The notes: generated by a model from the sequence alone, not told the origin. Positions 1-11,199 are shown, counted from the stretch's first letter. The stretch: DNA of 64,000 nt from an uncultured Gammaproteobacteria bacterium (GCA_963773065.1 CAVYZN010000014.1:128001-192000); one strand, 5' to 3'. Program-made: numbers and translations.

Positions 1-1707
1 GTCAATACGATGGCACGCGCTGGAAAGTGTGGTCAGCACTTCTATGCCGCATCAGACGGTTCCTGGGGTACACCAGTAATGCTGTTTGAGAGCTACAACA
101 TTAGTAACACCCCTGTATACGTTGGACAGATAGCCATCAATAATGAAGGTTTAGCTTTGGTTACCTGGATTCACTCGGATGGGATTCTTTATCCTACCAG
201 CTATGCCATCCAACACTATCAGGTTTACGCCACTACCTACATGTCTGGTAGTGGCTGGAGTACGCCCATCAATTTTGATGTAACCGATGCCAACGATCGC
301 TATTCATTTGTACCATCGAACGTGGCCATGAATGAGTCCGGTGATGCAGTCGTTGTTTATATGAAGCAATACAGGCATTTCGGTGCAGTGGACTGGCCGA
401 ATAGTATCTGGGCGGCATACTATTCACCCGCGAGTGGCTGGACTAAGTCAATGTTGTACCAGACACCCATAGATTATTACGGACCCGTTGAGGTAGATGT
501 AGATACACCACGCGTTGGGATCACCAGTAACGGTAATTCTGTAGTCAGCCTGGCGGCAGGATTCAGAGAGCAACAATAGCAACAGCGAGATATGGATACG
601 TGAATTTACCGCTGCCTCCCAGACCTGGAAACCGCTTGATAAACTCGCCACTATCCGTAATTACACTAATGTTGGACTGGATATCGCGGTCAATGCTGCG
701 GGCGATGCCATCCTGGCCTGGAACGATGTTTCCGACATCAAGACAAAATACCGGCCAACCGGTGGGAATTGGGGAACCAGCAAGGCAGTCAACGACACCA
801 GTATCGCGAACCGCAGTGTGTCGAGCCCGGCGGCCGGGATTGATGCGGGGGGCAATGCCTTCGTGTTTTTTAGACAGGACCAATCGAATTTCTACCCGGA
901 TTCGTCCAGTCGCAGCGATCTTGTCGCCGCCCGTTATGACAAGGCACTGGGCGGATTTGCGGCACCCGTGTATATCTCGGATCGCGGTAGGGGTAATCTG
1001 GTGCCGAACTCACAACTCATGGACGTGAACGGTATTGGCGCGGCCGTCGCGATGTTCGCGCAATATGATGTCCAGGCAAGCGGCCCAAGCAACCGCTATA
1101 CCCGCCGTTATGCAGTCCCACCGCCGGTCAACCAAGCACCAATCAGCAAACGCCGGCCCCGACCAAGTGGTAACGGAGGGCAATGCGGTTACGCTGAACG
1201 GCAGTGGTTCAAGCGATCCGGAAGGCAACTTGGTCGGCTACCAGTGGGTGCAGACGTCAGGACCGGCGGTGACGCTGAACAACGCGACCAGCGCGGTGGC
1301 CAACTTCACGGCGCCGGCCGTTACCCAGAACACGGTCCTGCGCTTTACCTTGACGGTGACCGACAACGTTGGCAAGAGCGGCGCCGAAGAGGTAATGATT
1401 ACGGTCCAGCCACCGGGCGGCGGCGACACCACGCCGCCGGTCACCACCGGCGCCTTCACCCGCACGACCAGCAAGGGCAAGGTCTACTACGCCATTGACA
1501 TTGTCAGCCAACGAGCCCGCGACGAGCCACTACCGCCTGACTGGCCAGGCGCATATCACTGCCGGTGGCGCCGATAGCACCGCCTGGCAGGTCTACACCG
1601 GTCCCCTCAGCGTCGCGCTGAACAAGAACGGCACGGCTAATTTCGAGTATTATTCCACCGACACCAGCGGCAACCAGGAAACGACCCACACGGAGGTGCT
1701 GCAATGA
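1..1707 (+). CDS. 3' part of a large secreted/surface protein: propeller-like repeats, PKD/K319L-like domain and C-terminal Ig-like domain; split by several indels
   Basis: ORF pieces 10-579, 818-1150, 1150-1500 and 1495-1707. Repeated GW(S/G)TP and VAMNxxGxAVVV motifs; ANAGPDQVVTEGNAVTLNGSGSSDPEG...YQWVQTSGP PKD-like motif; DTTPPVTT linker; YYSTDTSGNQE terminus. Confidence 0.7.
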
Positions 1708-2622
1708 ACGCTCACAAGACTTTCCGCCTGATACGCTGTTTTACCCGGGGTCTGCTCACCCTCTGGCTGCTGCTTGCGGCCAGTGCCGGTCACGCGGTTG
1801 AGCGGGTCACCTACTACCACAACGACGCCTTGGGCTCGCCGGTCGCGGCGACCGATGCCAGCGGTACGCTGCTGTGGCGCGAGAGCTACGCACCCTATGG
1901 TGAGCGCCTGACCCAGGAGGCCGGCAACCGGGACACCGTCTGGTACACCGGCAAGCAGGAAGAGGCGACCTTCGGGATCAACTACTTCGGGGCGCGCTGG
2001 TATGACCCGTCAATCGGCCGGTTCATGGCGACCGATCCGGCCGGCTTCAGTGCAGGACAATATCCAGAGCTTCAACAAGTATGTGTATGCGAATAATAAT
2101 CCATATGCCTATGTGGATCCGGATGGGGATTTCGCAATCCTTGGTGCGATTGTTGCCGCGGTGTCGGATACCGTGACCCAAGGGTTATTGATAAGTGCGG
2201 GCTTGCAGCAGGAATTTAGTCTGGGGAGTGTGGCTATAGCCGCGGGCTTGGGTGCTGCGACGGGTGGCATTGCGAATATAAAGAATGCGGTTAGCGCCGT
2301 AAAGATAATTAACAATGCGAAGAAAGGGAGTAAGGTTGCAAAGGGAGAAACCACTGTAATCGGTCGAGTCAAAGACCTGCAAAACCTGAAACAGGGTGAG
2401 CGATCGCTGCTTGATCGTCTGCCAGACCAGGGAAGCCCTAAAGCTAACTGGAAGCAAAATTCTGGTGTACTTCGTCAGGAGATGGGTAAAGGGCAGCCAA
2501 TCCGTGATGCCTCTCCAGGCGATACATCTGGTCAGTTCCTTAATGCCGAACGGAACCTGCTAAAAGATCGCGGTTGGACGTTCGATTCGCAGACCAAACA
2601 TTGGATGCCACAAAAACAATGA
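1704..2622 (+). CDS. Short RHS repeat-associated core protein with signal peptide and C-terminal toxin domain (one +1 indel near 2055)
   Basis: Signal peptide LWLLLAASAGHA; YYHNDALGSPVAATD; YTGK; NYFGARWYDPSIGRFMATDP. The other frame continues NKYVYANNNPYAYVDPDG, then a hydrophobic Gly/Ala segment and a ~90 aa C-terminal domain. Confidence 0.85.
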
Positions 2623-3209
2623 CGAAGGTGGTGAGTATCATGGGTACATCGGATCGTTCGTATCTCAACTTTGAGGAGAAAACCAGGAAGGCTTTTGCGT
2701 TCCTCGGTGATCTGGGGTTCTCTGAAGTCGAGGTGTTACCAACGCTTATGCGCTACCGAAAGGGCGGCGTTGAAGTGGATGTGTATCACGGGCGGCAATC
2801 GTATGAAATCGGGGCAGGTGTTACTGCCTTCGGAACTCGATATGCGATATCGGAGATCATTCGCGCCAACGACCAGGAAACTGCTAAGCACTTTCACTAC
2901 GCAGCGACGACTACACCGGAAGGCGTGGTTGCTGGTCTCGAAGAGTTGAGCTCGTTGATGAAACACTATGGTCGTGAGGCTCTAGAGGGCGATCCGCGAT
3001 TCTTCTCAACGCTCGAAAATCAGCGAAAGTTGTGGGCTGAAGAGTATGCCCTTGACGTTCTCGCCGAGCAATTGCGGCCACAGGCAGACGAGGCGTTTCG
3101 ACGAAGGGATTACTCGACAGCGGCCGATCTGTATTCTCGTATTAGAGAGCGCTTAAGCCCGGCAGAGATCAAGAAGCTGAGTCTCGCTGAACAGCGCCGT
3201 AAGGATTGA
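2619..3209 (+). CDS. Putative immunity protein for the RHS toxin
   Basis: ATGA overlap with the toxin stop; lower GC like the toxin tip; position typical of polymorphic toxin immunity genes. Confidence 0.65.
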   Translation: MTKVVSIMGTSDRSYLNFEEKTRKAFAFLGDLGFSEVEVLPTLMRYRKGGVEVDVYHGRQSYEIGAGVTAFGTRYAISEIIRANDQETAKHFHYAATTTPEGVVAGLEELSSLMKHYGREALEGDPRFFSTLENQRKLWAEEYALDVLAEQLRPQADEAFRRRDYSTAADLYSRIRERLSPAEIKKLSLAEQRRKD

Positions 3210-3337
3210 TATTTCCTTAGCTGCGTGTGAACATCGCACCCAAGCTCCGCCGGCGGGGCTTGTCACTTCTTCATCAAAGACCCCTCCGTTCGATGCCCGC
3301 TGAAAATGCGCTGAAAATGTCAGAGATTTATTTTCCA

Positions 3338-3701
3338 CTAATTTCACAGCGCCGCCGGTTAGACAGAATACAGACTTCCTGTTTGAACTGATGATCACGG
3401 ATGACACCGCCCAGACTAGAACGAACAGCGTGACCATAACCGTCCAGCCGATCGGCGGGGGAGGCGACACCACCCCGCCGGTCACCACCGGCACCTTTAC
3501 CCGCACGACCAGCCAGGGCAATGCCTATTACGCCATCACGCTGTCGGTCATTGAGCCCGCGACGAGCCACTTCCGCCTGACCGGCCAGGCGCATATCACG
3601 GCGAGCGGCGCCGACAGCATGAACTGGCCTGGCCTCTCGGCATCGCGATGAACAAGAACGTGACGGCCAACTTCGAAAGTTATTCCACCAAAACCAACGG
3701 C
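3338..3701 (+). pseudogene. Degenerate second copy of the PKD-Ig tail of the upstream gene (paralogous to ~1300-1671)
   Basis: NFTAPPVRQNT...ITVQPIGGGGDTTPPVTTGTFTRTTSQG...EPATSHFRLTGQAHITA matches NFTAPAVTQNT...ITVQPPGGGDTTPPVTTGAFTRTTSKG...EPATSHYRLTGQAHITA. Confidence 0.85.
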
Positions 3702-4042
3702 TGAATCAACTCCACGGCCCGGTTCATCCGGTTCGCGAGCGTTGCCCGCGGCGTCACCACGCCGATGCGCTGAAGGATCCGCAACAGAATGCCGGGCTCA
3801 TGAGCCCATTGTACTTCAGAACAATTTACCATCGGCCAGATACCCCCTAGCATCAACCAGTGGTGACAGACACACTATTCCTCCCCGGAAACCACTATCA
3901 CATCGCGGAATCATGTGGGGTGTGGTTCCAGGTGCCAAGCAATTCGGTTCCGCCGGGTGTGGGTGAATACACTTTCTGAGGGGAATAGGCCTGACACTTG
4001 CTGAGATAAGGTAGTTAACACCTGGCACCGTTTTGCCGTGAG

Positions 4043-4630
4043 GTGCAGAAAATGAAGACCGTGCTTATCTATTTCCACTTGTTATCGCTGGCGGCGGCGA
4101 TCGGCTCCATGCTGATTGCCGAATATCTGATCTTTTCCCGGCATCGGCAGTTTTCGCGCGACAGTTACGATACCGTTATCTTCGCATCACGCACCGCAAC
4201 CGTCTCGCTGCTGCTGTTATGGCTGACGGGGATCGGTCTCGTGAGCGTGGGGTATCTCGGCGATTCGCTGTATATCGCGAACCAGAAAATCTGGGCCAAG
4301 GCATCCATCGTTCTGCTCATGTCGATCAACGGAGTCTACATCCACAGAAGGCTTTTGCCGCGGTTCGCCGAGGTTGCCCGTGGCGGCCTGTTCATACGTA
4401 CGGCGTCGGAGTCGGCGCGGATGCGCCTTGCCTTCGCGGCCTCCTTTGCCGGGTGGCTGATCACGGCGTTCTACGGAGCCGCGAAGTTCCTTAATCAGGG
4501 GTACCTCTATGGCGAGCTATATGGCCTGTACCTGATGGCGGTGGTGATGATTTTCGCCTTTTCGTACCTGGTGCCGGATGAATGGATCAACCATGTCCAT
4601 GACGGCAATACAGTCACGGGACCCGGATAA
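4043..4630 (+). CDS. Integral membrane hypothetical protein
   Basis: 195 aa ORF with about 5 hydrophobic segments. Confidence 0.7.
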   Translation: MQKMKTVLIYFHLLSLAAAIGSMLIAEYLIFSRHRQFSRDSYDTVIFASRTATVSLLLLWLTGIGLVSVGYLGDSLYIANQKIWAKASIVLLMSINGVYIHRRLLPRFAEVARGGLFIRTASESARMRLAFAASFAGWLITAFYGAAKFLNQGYLYGELYGLYLMAVVMIFAFSYLVPDEWINHVHDGNTVTGPG

Positions 4631-5927
4631 CCGGACGGCGGAACCGGCCTGGTCGGACCGGTGATGCCTGCCCAGCGGTGATGCACGGAATACACGCAGG
4701 CTAGCGGATCTTGAAGTAATGGAGCCGGTTTCAGAGAGGAATGACGCCGTTCTCCGGTCACAAACCACACCTCCATCTCGCCTTTGCCTTTCACATTCAT
4801 CGTACCGCGCGGCTCACAGACGAACTCGTCCTTGACCAGCTCGTAGGTGGCGCGGGTGATCTGGATGATCCCGCCCTGCCCGTGGGATTCCATGCGGCTG
4901 GCCGTGTTCACCGCATCGCCCCACAAGTCGTAGATGAACTTCTTGCGCCCGATCACCCCCGCCACCACCGGCCCGGAGTTGAGGCCGATGCGAAAGGCCA
5001 GTCGGCGCCCGTGAAATTCCCGCCCGCTCACATAATCGCGCATCTCCAGCGCCATGCGGGTGAGCGCTTGCGCGTGGTCGGCGCGCGGGCGCGGCACGCC
5101 GGCGGCCACCATGTAACAGTCGCCGATGGTTTTGATCTTCTCCAGCCCGTATTTGTCGACCAGGGTATCGAAATGCGAAAAGACCTCGTTGAGCAGTTCC
5201 ACTATCTCGGTGGGCGTCATGTCGCCGACAGGGGCGTGAAGTTCACCACATCGGCGAACAGAATGCTCGCGCCTTCGAAATGATCGGCGATGGTGCGCGG
5301 CTCGTCTTTCAGGATGGCCACGATCTCCTTGGGCAGGATGTTCAGCAGCAGCGCCTCGGATTTCTCCTGAAACGCATTCTTCTGGCCGACGAAAAAATAA
5401 ACCATGAGAAACACCAACGAGCTGACCCCGATGAGGTTGATGACGAAGAAGAACGTCACCAACCCGGTCGACAGATGGTTGCCAAATCCCAGATGGGGTT
5501 GTAACAAACCGCTCAGCACGATGAGGCCGAGATAGGCCAGAAACCAGCGCGGCGCATGCCGGGGTTCATCGAAGAGCATCGCGCCCAGGGGACAGATCAG
5601 CGCCCACAGGATGACCGCGCTGCCGCTGATAAACCCGCCGAGACTCATCATCAGCAGGAAGGGGAGCAGCAGTATCAGCAGGAGCTGACTGAAACGAAAG
5701 ACGTGATAGCGGCGCGTCAGGCCGAAGTGGATAACGCTGAACAGTGAAATGACGGCGTAGGAGAGCGGAATCGCCCCCGCCAGCGGCTCCCCGACCAGAA
5801 TATACATCGCTCCCCAGGCGGCTCCGGCGAACATGAAGGGAAACGCACAAAGCACGAGCAATGATTTACGCAAGCGGATGTCATCGCCATCGCCGGGATC
5901 CGCACCGATGCGGGGGATCCAGCGCAA
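4507..5927 (-). CDS. Membrane-anchored class III adenylate/guanylate cyclase (indel near 5220; true 3' end uncertain)
   Basis: About 6 TM helices, then SILFADVVNFT, LEKIKTIGDCYM, RIGLNSGPVVAGVIG and YDLWGDAVNTASRMES. Confidence 0.9.
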
Positions 5928-6089
5928 ACAGTGCTTTCAACTGCTCTTTCATCCGCTGGCTCGCGATTTCCCAATTGCCGCAAAGTTGCATTGTATAGGA
6001 ATGGGTAAAAATAGGCTCGAAGCCGCGGCGGAACGCAGGGACGGCTAGGTGGATGGCGTGTCGCGCGGCGTCTCCGGCGGGCGCATCCA

Positions 6090-6290
6090 CTATGACAGCA
6101 GGGCGTAGGCCAGTGCCAGAATCACCGGACCAAGGAACACGCCGATGAAGCCGAAAGACAGCAGGCCGCCCAGGACGCCCATGAACACCAGCAGCAGCGG
6201 CAAGAAACCGCCGCGGCTGATCAGGTAAGGTTTGACGACATTGTCGATGCTGCTGACAACTACCAGCCCGTAAGCCGCTAGGCCGGGAGA
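6090..6290 (-). pseudogene. C-terminal fragment of an AI-2E family transporter
   Basis: IDNVVKPYLISRGG.LPLLLVFMGVLGGLLSFGFIGVFLGPVILA motif; N-terminal part absent. Confidence 0.7.
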
Positions 6291-6510
6291 ATAGTCCAAT
6301 TTGCCTCCGTACCCCCACGTTTCAGCACAAGGACCGGGGCGGATGCGGTAATCGTTGTGGGGCATTTCCCGGCCGGGTTGACAATGAGCGGTTAAGGCGT
6401 ATAAATGCCTCGAACGCATCAGCCGTATGGTAGCTATTTTCGGCTTCAACAGGCCGGTGCGGCTGCTTGATGCGTAGCCGCACGGGTACAACATTATCGA
6501 GAGGATCAGT

Positions 6511-6876
6511 ATGGCCAAGAAGACCGCACACCCCACGAAGAATGCAGTTTCTCCGAAAGCCGCGACACCCGCCGCCGTTGCTCCGAAGGCTCCTGAAACC
6601 GCCACACGGACCGCTTCTCCGGCCTCCAGGCCTGTCGCGACGAGTCCCGTTGAGAAGGCGGCTCCGGACAGGAAGGCCGCCATGGCGGCCAAGACCACTA
6701 AACCAGATGACACGATCGCCATCAAACCCGAAGCGCGCTGGCAGATGATTTCAGAGGCGGCCTATTTCCTGGCCGAGAAGCGCGGTTTCACCGGCGGCGA
6801 TCCCTGTCAGGACTGGATCGACGCGGAAGCTCAGGTCGAGGCCACGCTCAAGAGGCGCGGCGCCGGCAAAAGATAG
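6511..6876 (+). CDS. DUF2934 domain protein
   Basis: Ala/Pro/Lys-rich N-terminus, then ISEAAYFLAEKRGF...DWIDAEAQV. Confidence 0.85.
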   Translation: MAKKTAHPTKNAVSPKAATPAAVAPKAPETATRTASPASRPVATSPVEKAAPDRKAAMAAKTTKPDDTIAIKPEARWQMISEAAYFLAEKRGFTGGDPCQDWIDAEAQVEATLKRRGAGKR

Positions 6877-7233
6877 ACTCCGCAGGCGATGGCCTGATGC
6901 CCACCGTCGGGTTGGGCATCGGGTCGTCGCCATTAAATTAGGCCAATCCATCGGTCACTGCCGCCTCGCAACTGCCGGTTCCGGCCAGGCGCCATGCACG
7001 AAGGCGGTGACCAGACACGGCCGTGCCGGCTGAGATGACGGTGGATAACCCGCCTGCTTAATCGGTAATGGCTCCCGGGCCGCGAGGCCCATCACCGCCG
7101 GTTTTGGCCGAAGCGCACACACCGCATGCCCAAACCGGACGGGCCGGTATACGCGCAGGGGGCGCGGCGCGGGTGGCCTGTCCGGATTCATGGACACCGG
7201 GTACTGCTGGCATGATGAAACGGGAGGCGGCCC

Positions 7234-7890
7234 ATGGCAAAAAGAAGCATCATCCGGCAAATCAAACGGGAGGCGGCAGGGCTGGTCGGAGAGCGGCGGA
7301 GGCCGCGGACGCGGCGCATGGGTCCGTCGCAGTTCCTGGCCGGGAAGCGTCGTCCCGGTATGTTTGCCCCCGTTCTTGCCCTCGCCCTGTGGTTCATGCC
7401 GCCAGCGGGCCTGACGCCGGGGTGGGCCGCTCCGGCGGTGAAGCCGCTGGCCACCGCCGTCATCAAGGCCACAACCGGCCACTGTTTTAGAGGGAAGACC
7501 TGTCATGTCGACAAGGCGGGGGTTTGGGTGCCCCGCCAGGACGTGGCCATCATGGCTGTATCCATCGCCGAACAGGTAGACGTGGCGCTTTACGTGGACA
7601 TCGAGGTCAGCACGAAGCCCGAGATGTACATGTGCGCTGGGGAAGACGCCGCCGGCTGCATCTTCCGCATGAAATACTCGGGGCCGGGTCTCTACGATTA
7701 CGCCGCAAACACGGGGAACACCTACCTGGGCTCGAACGTCACGAACACCAACATCACCTTCCCGGCAGGCTATGGCATCGTGGTCAAGGCCGGCGTTCCG
7801 ATTTACGTCCACCTCGACGTGAGAAACGGGAGTCTGATCGACCTCAAGGTCGACCAGGACGCCTGGTTATACTACGTACCGCTCAACTAG
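7234..7890 (+). CDS. Hypothetical exported beta-rich protein (start may be ~7360)
   Basis: Coding-like codon use, signal-like segment, four Cys. Confidence 0.6.
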   Translation: MAKRSIIRQIKREAAGLVGERRRPRTRRMGPSQFLAGKRRPGMFAPVLALALWFMPPAGLTPGWAAPAVKPLATAVIKATTGHCFRGKTCHVDKAGVWVPRQDVAIMAVSIAEQVDVALYVDIEVSTKPEMYMCAGEDAAGCIFRMKYSGPGLYDYAANTGNTYLGSNVTNTNITFPAGYGIVVKAGVPIYVHLDVRNGSLIDLKVDQDAWLYYVPLN

Positions 7891-8013
7891 GCGGCGGGGG
7901 CCGGCTGTAAGATTTCCGTAACAGATGACCCGTAAAATAACCGCTACAGTCGAAGACTGCCGGTTCGGGCCGGTCACGCTGCTCTTCTCTGAAACGGGAG
8001 AAACTTCAAGCTT

Positions 8014-8238
8014 GTGCGCGTCGCGTCAGAAATTATTCTGCAACTCAGTATCGAGCAGGAAGCCGCCGGCATTCCCTGGCCGCATCCATGGGACCACTAT
8101 CCCTTCACGACGAACGGCAACTACGTCTGGCTGCGCTATCAGGATCTCGACTTTGGGCAGCGCGAGGAAATCAGGCACGCCCTGGTTCACGTAAAACGCC
8201 GACTTGGCGCGCTGACTGTGTCGCCGGGGTTCGCCTGA
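8014..8238 (+). CDS. Small hypothetical protein
   Basis: 74 aa ORF with protein-like composition; no family recognised. Confidence 0.35.
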   Translation: MRVASEIILQLSIEQEAAGIPWPHPWDHYPFTTNGNYVWLRYQDLDFGQREEIRHALVHVKRRLGALTVSPGFA

Positions 8239-8303
8239 ATCGTACGGCGGGAACTTTGGCCCGGCCCGCCTTCACATTCCGCAGAACCGGAGAATCCTTG
8301 CAT

Positions 8304-8966
8304 ATGCAGCGACGTGTTACTGGCCGGATAGTCATCGGATGTATCCTGACAGTGCTGGCAAACAGCGCCGGTTCAGAAGACTTGCGGCAATACACTTATC
8401 TCGAAAAGACGGGAGATGTCGAATCCTCTCACACCTGGATCATCCAACACAGTGGGAAAGAGGTCGAGACACGCTGGATAGCCCCCGACAAGTCCTATTT
8501 CGATCTGTGCGATGAAACGGGCAACACCCTGGAATGGCGGGTCCTGTATACGGACGCGGATATCACGGCACGGCGGGTTGGCAACCTTATTCGATTCGAG
8601 GAAACCCGTAACGGTAAGACAATCCGCCGGGAGGTAGAGATCGATGAATCACCCTGGTTTCAGCCGCTTTCCTACGCCCTTGGCCGTTTCAGCCAGTCGC
8701 GCCTCGATTCGGTCGTCTTCTGGATGATCCGTCCGGATAATCTCGATGTCGTAAAGCTTCGAGCGAGCAGGCTTGGCGATGAACAGGTCACGACCAGCGC
8801 CGGTCTGTTCCTCGCGCGCAAGATCAGCATTTCGGCGGATGGGTTTTTGTCTCACTTCTGGCAAGCCCATTACTGGTTCCGACAGGCCGATGGCCTCTTT
8901 GTGCGCTATGAAGGCGCCAACGGTCTCCCGGGTACACAGACAACGACAATCCAGTTGGGCGGCTGA
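8304..8966 (+). CDS. Hypothetical exported protein
   Basis: ATG at 8304 with upstream GGAG; signal-like IVIGCILTVLANSAG. Confidence 0.65.
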   Translation: MQRRVTGRIVIGCILTVLANSAGSEDLRQYTYLEKTGDVESSHTWIIQHSGKEVETRWIAPDKSYFDLCDETGNTLEWRVLYTDADITARRVGNLIRFEETRNGKTIRREVEIDESPWFQPLSYALGRFSQSRLDSVVFWMIRPDNLDVVKLRASRLGDEQVTTSAGLFLARKISISADGFLSHFWQAHYWFRQADGLFVRYEGANGLPGTQTTTIQLGG

Positions 8967-9233
8967 ACCGTTGCGCACTCTCGGCAAGTCGAGGTGATAC
9001 ACCCGGGCCTCAACGATCGTGGTGAACCTGACTGAAGTGCCGGAACGCACATTGGCGCGCTACATGGGCCGCGAACAGGCTGCCTTGTATTTGCAAGGCC
9101 ATTTTGCACGACATCTCGCGGCGTGATGCGGCGTCTGTGTTTATAAGCAAACGAGATCGGCCGCGCCTTCGGCTGGCCCCGCTTCCTGGAAAAAAGGGGG
9201 GCATTCCTGCCGTGACTTAACGCTTCCTCCGGG

Positions 9234-9794
9234 TCAGGCCTCCGCTACCGCCAGGCGAGCCTGCCGTGCTGGCTGATTATAGAGGCGGATGGCGCTTTCA
9301 CCGATCAGGCGCGCGGTGGCGACCGCCGATAGGCTGCCGGCCGGCAGTGCATAGAAGGGGTGCAGTTCGAATGCATGCACCAGCAAGGGGGCGGCCACCG
9401 ACAGGCCGGTTGCAGCCATCACCGCCGCCATTTCCGGAACCCGCGCCTGGTCGTCGATATCCTGGCCGAACACCAGCGCGATTTCCAGGATCAGGTACAG
9501 GTTCATGCGCGTCAGCAGCGACGTGGCGCCGACCAAGCCGATCAGCTTGAGCGCCAGGCCAATACCGGGAAACAGTAACGGCATGTCCAGCAGCGTGCCG
9601 CCGACCAGTGACAGCGTCGCCTTGGCGTCGATCAGGCGCCGCGCCAACTGCACCGGGCTTTCGTCCGGATAGCGGCGTTGCAGCACCTGTATTGTTCTGC
9701 GAATCTCGCTCTTGCGCAGTCGAAGGAAAAAATAGAAAAACTGGTCGGTCGCCAGACTCTGGTATTGCGGCTTGTTCGAGCCGGATGTGCTCAT
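9234..9794 (-). CDS. Hypothetical helical/membrane protein (EcsC-like features)
   Basis: 186 aa; LILEIALVFGQD motif. Confidence 0.55.
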   Translation of the reverse strand: MSTSGSNKPQYQSLATDQFFYFFLRLRKSEIRRTIQVLQRRYPDESPVQLARRLIDAKATLSLVGGTLLDMPLLFPGIGLALKLIGLVGATSLLTRMNLYLILEIALVFGQDIDDQARVPEMAAVMAATGLSVAAPLLVHAFELHPFYALPAGSLSAVATARLIGESAIRLYNQPARQARLAVAEA

Positions 9795-9949
9795 CGGAGA
9801 ATCTACGCTCGCGCCTGTTACTGTTTAGGAGGGTATGCCGCCTGCGATGGCGCGTCAAGGCGACGGTAACCCCCCGCTCAAGCGAGCGCATCGAACTGCC
9901 GCCGACCCAAAAGCTGGGTTTTCTTGGCCACGCCGTTATAGTTGCGGTT

Positions 9950-10822
9950 TTATGACATCCGCATGACATCGCCGGATATCATACCCGGTTCATGGTCTTC
10001 GTATACCTCGATATAGACGTCGTAGAAACCGAATCGAGATTGCACTTTTTGCTTCAACTCTTTGATGTCGTCCCGGCGATAAATGTCACCCTTTGTTCTT
10101 ACCTTTGCCGCGAGCAGTATCTTTTCCGGGACGATGGCCCAGACGTGCACATCCTTCACATGGACAATGCGGGGAAAATTGCCAAGCAGGAACCGCTCCA
10201 CCTCGTCCAGGTCGATCCCTTTTGGAATGCCCTCCATCAGAATGTTTATGCTCCCGCGCAGCATGTGATAAGTGGGATAGACAATCAGCAGGCCGATGAG
10301 GATGCTGGTGATGCCGTCGGCGGCATACAGCCCGGTCCAATGGATGATCAATGCGGAGACGATTACACCCACCGACCCGAGCGTGTCGTTGAGGATGAGC
10401 AGGAAGGCGCCCTTGATATTGATATCTTTCGACTGCGTGTACAACATGATGAGGTTGAACACATTTACCGCAAGCCCAAGTAGCGCAACAATCAGCACAG
10501 GGATGGATTCAATCGGTTGGGGGTTGATAATTCGATGGTAGGCGTCAACGAGTACGTAAAACAGCATAAAGCCCAGCGCCGTGCCATTGAAAAGGCCGGA
10601 CAGCACTTTCGCTCGCTCGTAACCGAAACTCAGATGCTTGTTCGGCAGCAGGCGGCTCAGCCGCTTGACGTAGTTGACCATGATCTGCCCAATGACGTTC
10701 ACCGCCATGAACGAGGCATCGGTGACCAGCGCGAGACTGTTGTAGTGGAGACCGCCGGCCAGTTCTATGAAGAAGTAGAAGACCGTCAGCCAAAAAACAG
10801 TTGTTAGGCCGTCCTTGTTCAT
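9950..10822 (-). CDS. Cation diffusion facilitator (CzcD/ZitB-like)
   Basis: SLALVTDA, SFGYERA, NIKGAFL...DTLGSVGVIV and DVHVW motifs. Confidence 0.9.
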   Translation of the reverse strand: MNKDGLTTVFWLTVFYFFIELAGGLHYNSLALVTDASFMAVNVIGQIMVNYVKRLSRLLPNKHLSFGYERAKVLSGLFNGTALGFMLFYVLVDAYHRIINPQPIESIPVLIVALLGLAVNVFNLIMLYTQSKDINIKGAFLLILNDTLGSVGVIVSALIIHWTGLYAADGITSILIGLLIVYPTYHMLRGSINILMEGIPKGIDLDEVERFLLGNFPRIVHVKDVHVWAIVPEKILLAAKVRTKGDIYRRDDIKELKQKVQSRFGFYDVYIEVYEDHEPGMISGDVMRMS

Positions 10823-10894
10823 GGGTCGATTCGGCAGGTTGGGTCACTGTTACGCTAGGCGAAACTGCTCCGAAGACCCAGAATTCTATATTCC

Positions 10895-10915
10895 GTCATA
10901 TTGCAGTAATATGAC
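10895..10915. promoter_or_regulatory. Inverted repeat, candidate operator upstream of the CDF gene
   Basis: GTCATATT-gcagt-AATATGAC perfect 8-5-8 inverted repeat in an AT-rich divergent intergenic region. Confidence 0.45.
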
Positions 10916-11199
10916 AGGCTGTAACAACGCAGTGCGAGCATCGATGTTGCTCCCGTTATTTCAGGAGAAACCCATGTCCGAAAAGATCAAATCCGAAGTT
11001 CAGGAGGGGGAAGGTTCGCTCCGGCCGTGATGGCAGGCGGTGGCGCAGCACGCTGCGGCAACGGGACGGGCGCGAAGCATGCTCTGGTGCCGGGCAGAAG
11101 GCGCCGCTTACTGCGTGGAACTTTCCCCATTCCCGGTGGCCTTACCGTTTTAGGTATAATCCGCGGATTGTCCATGCATTCCAGCGATCGCCACCCCTA

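Noticed and set aside
4021-4037. Sigma-54 promoter TGGCAC...TTGC
   Set aside because: GG-GC spacing is 9 rather than 10 nt, and it is too close to the start codon.
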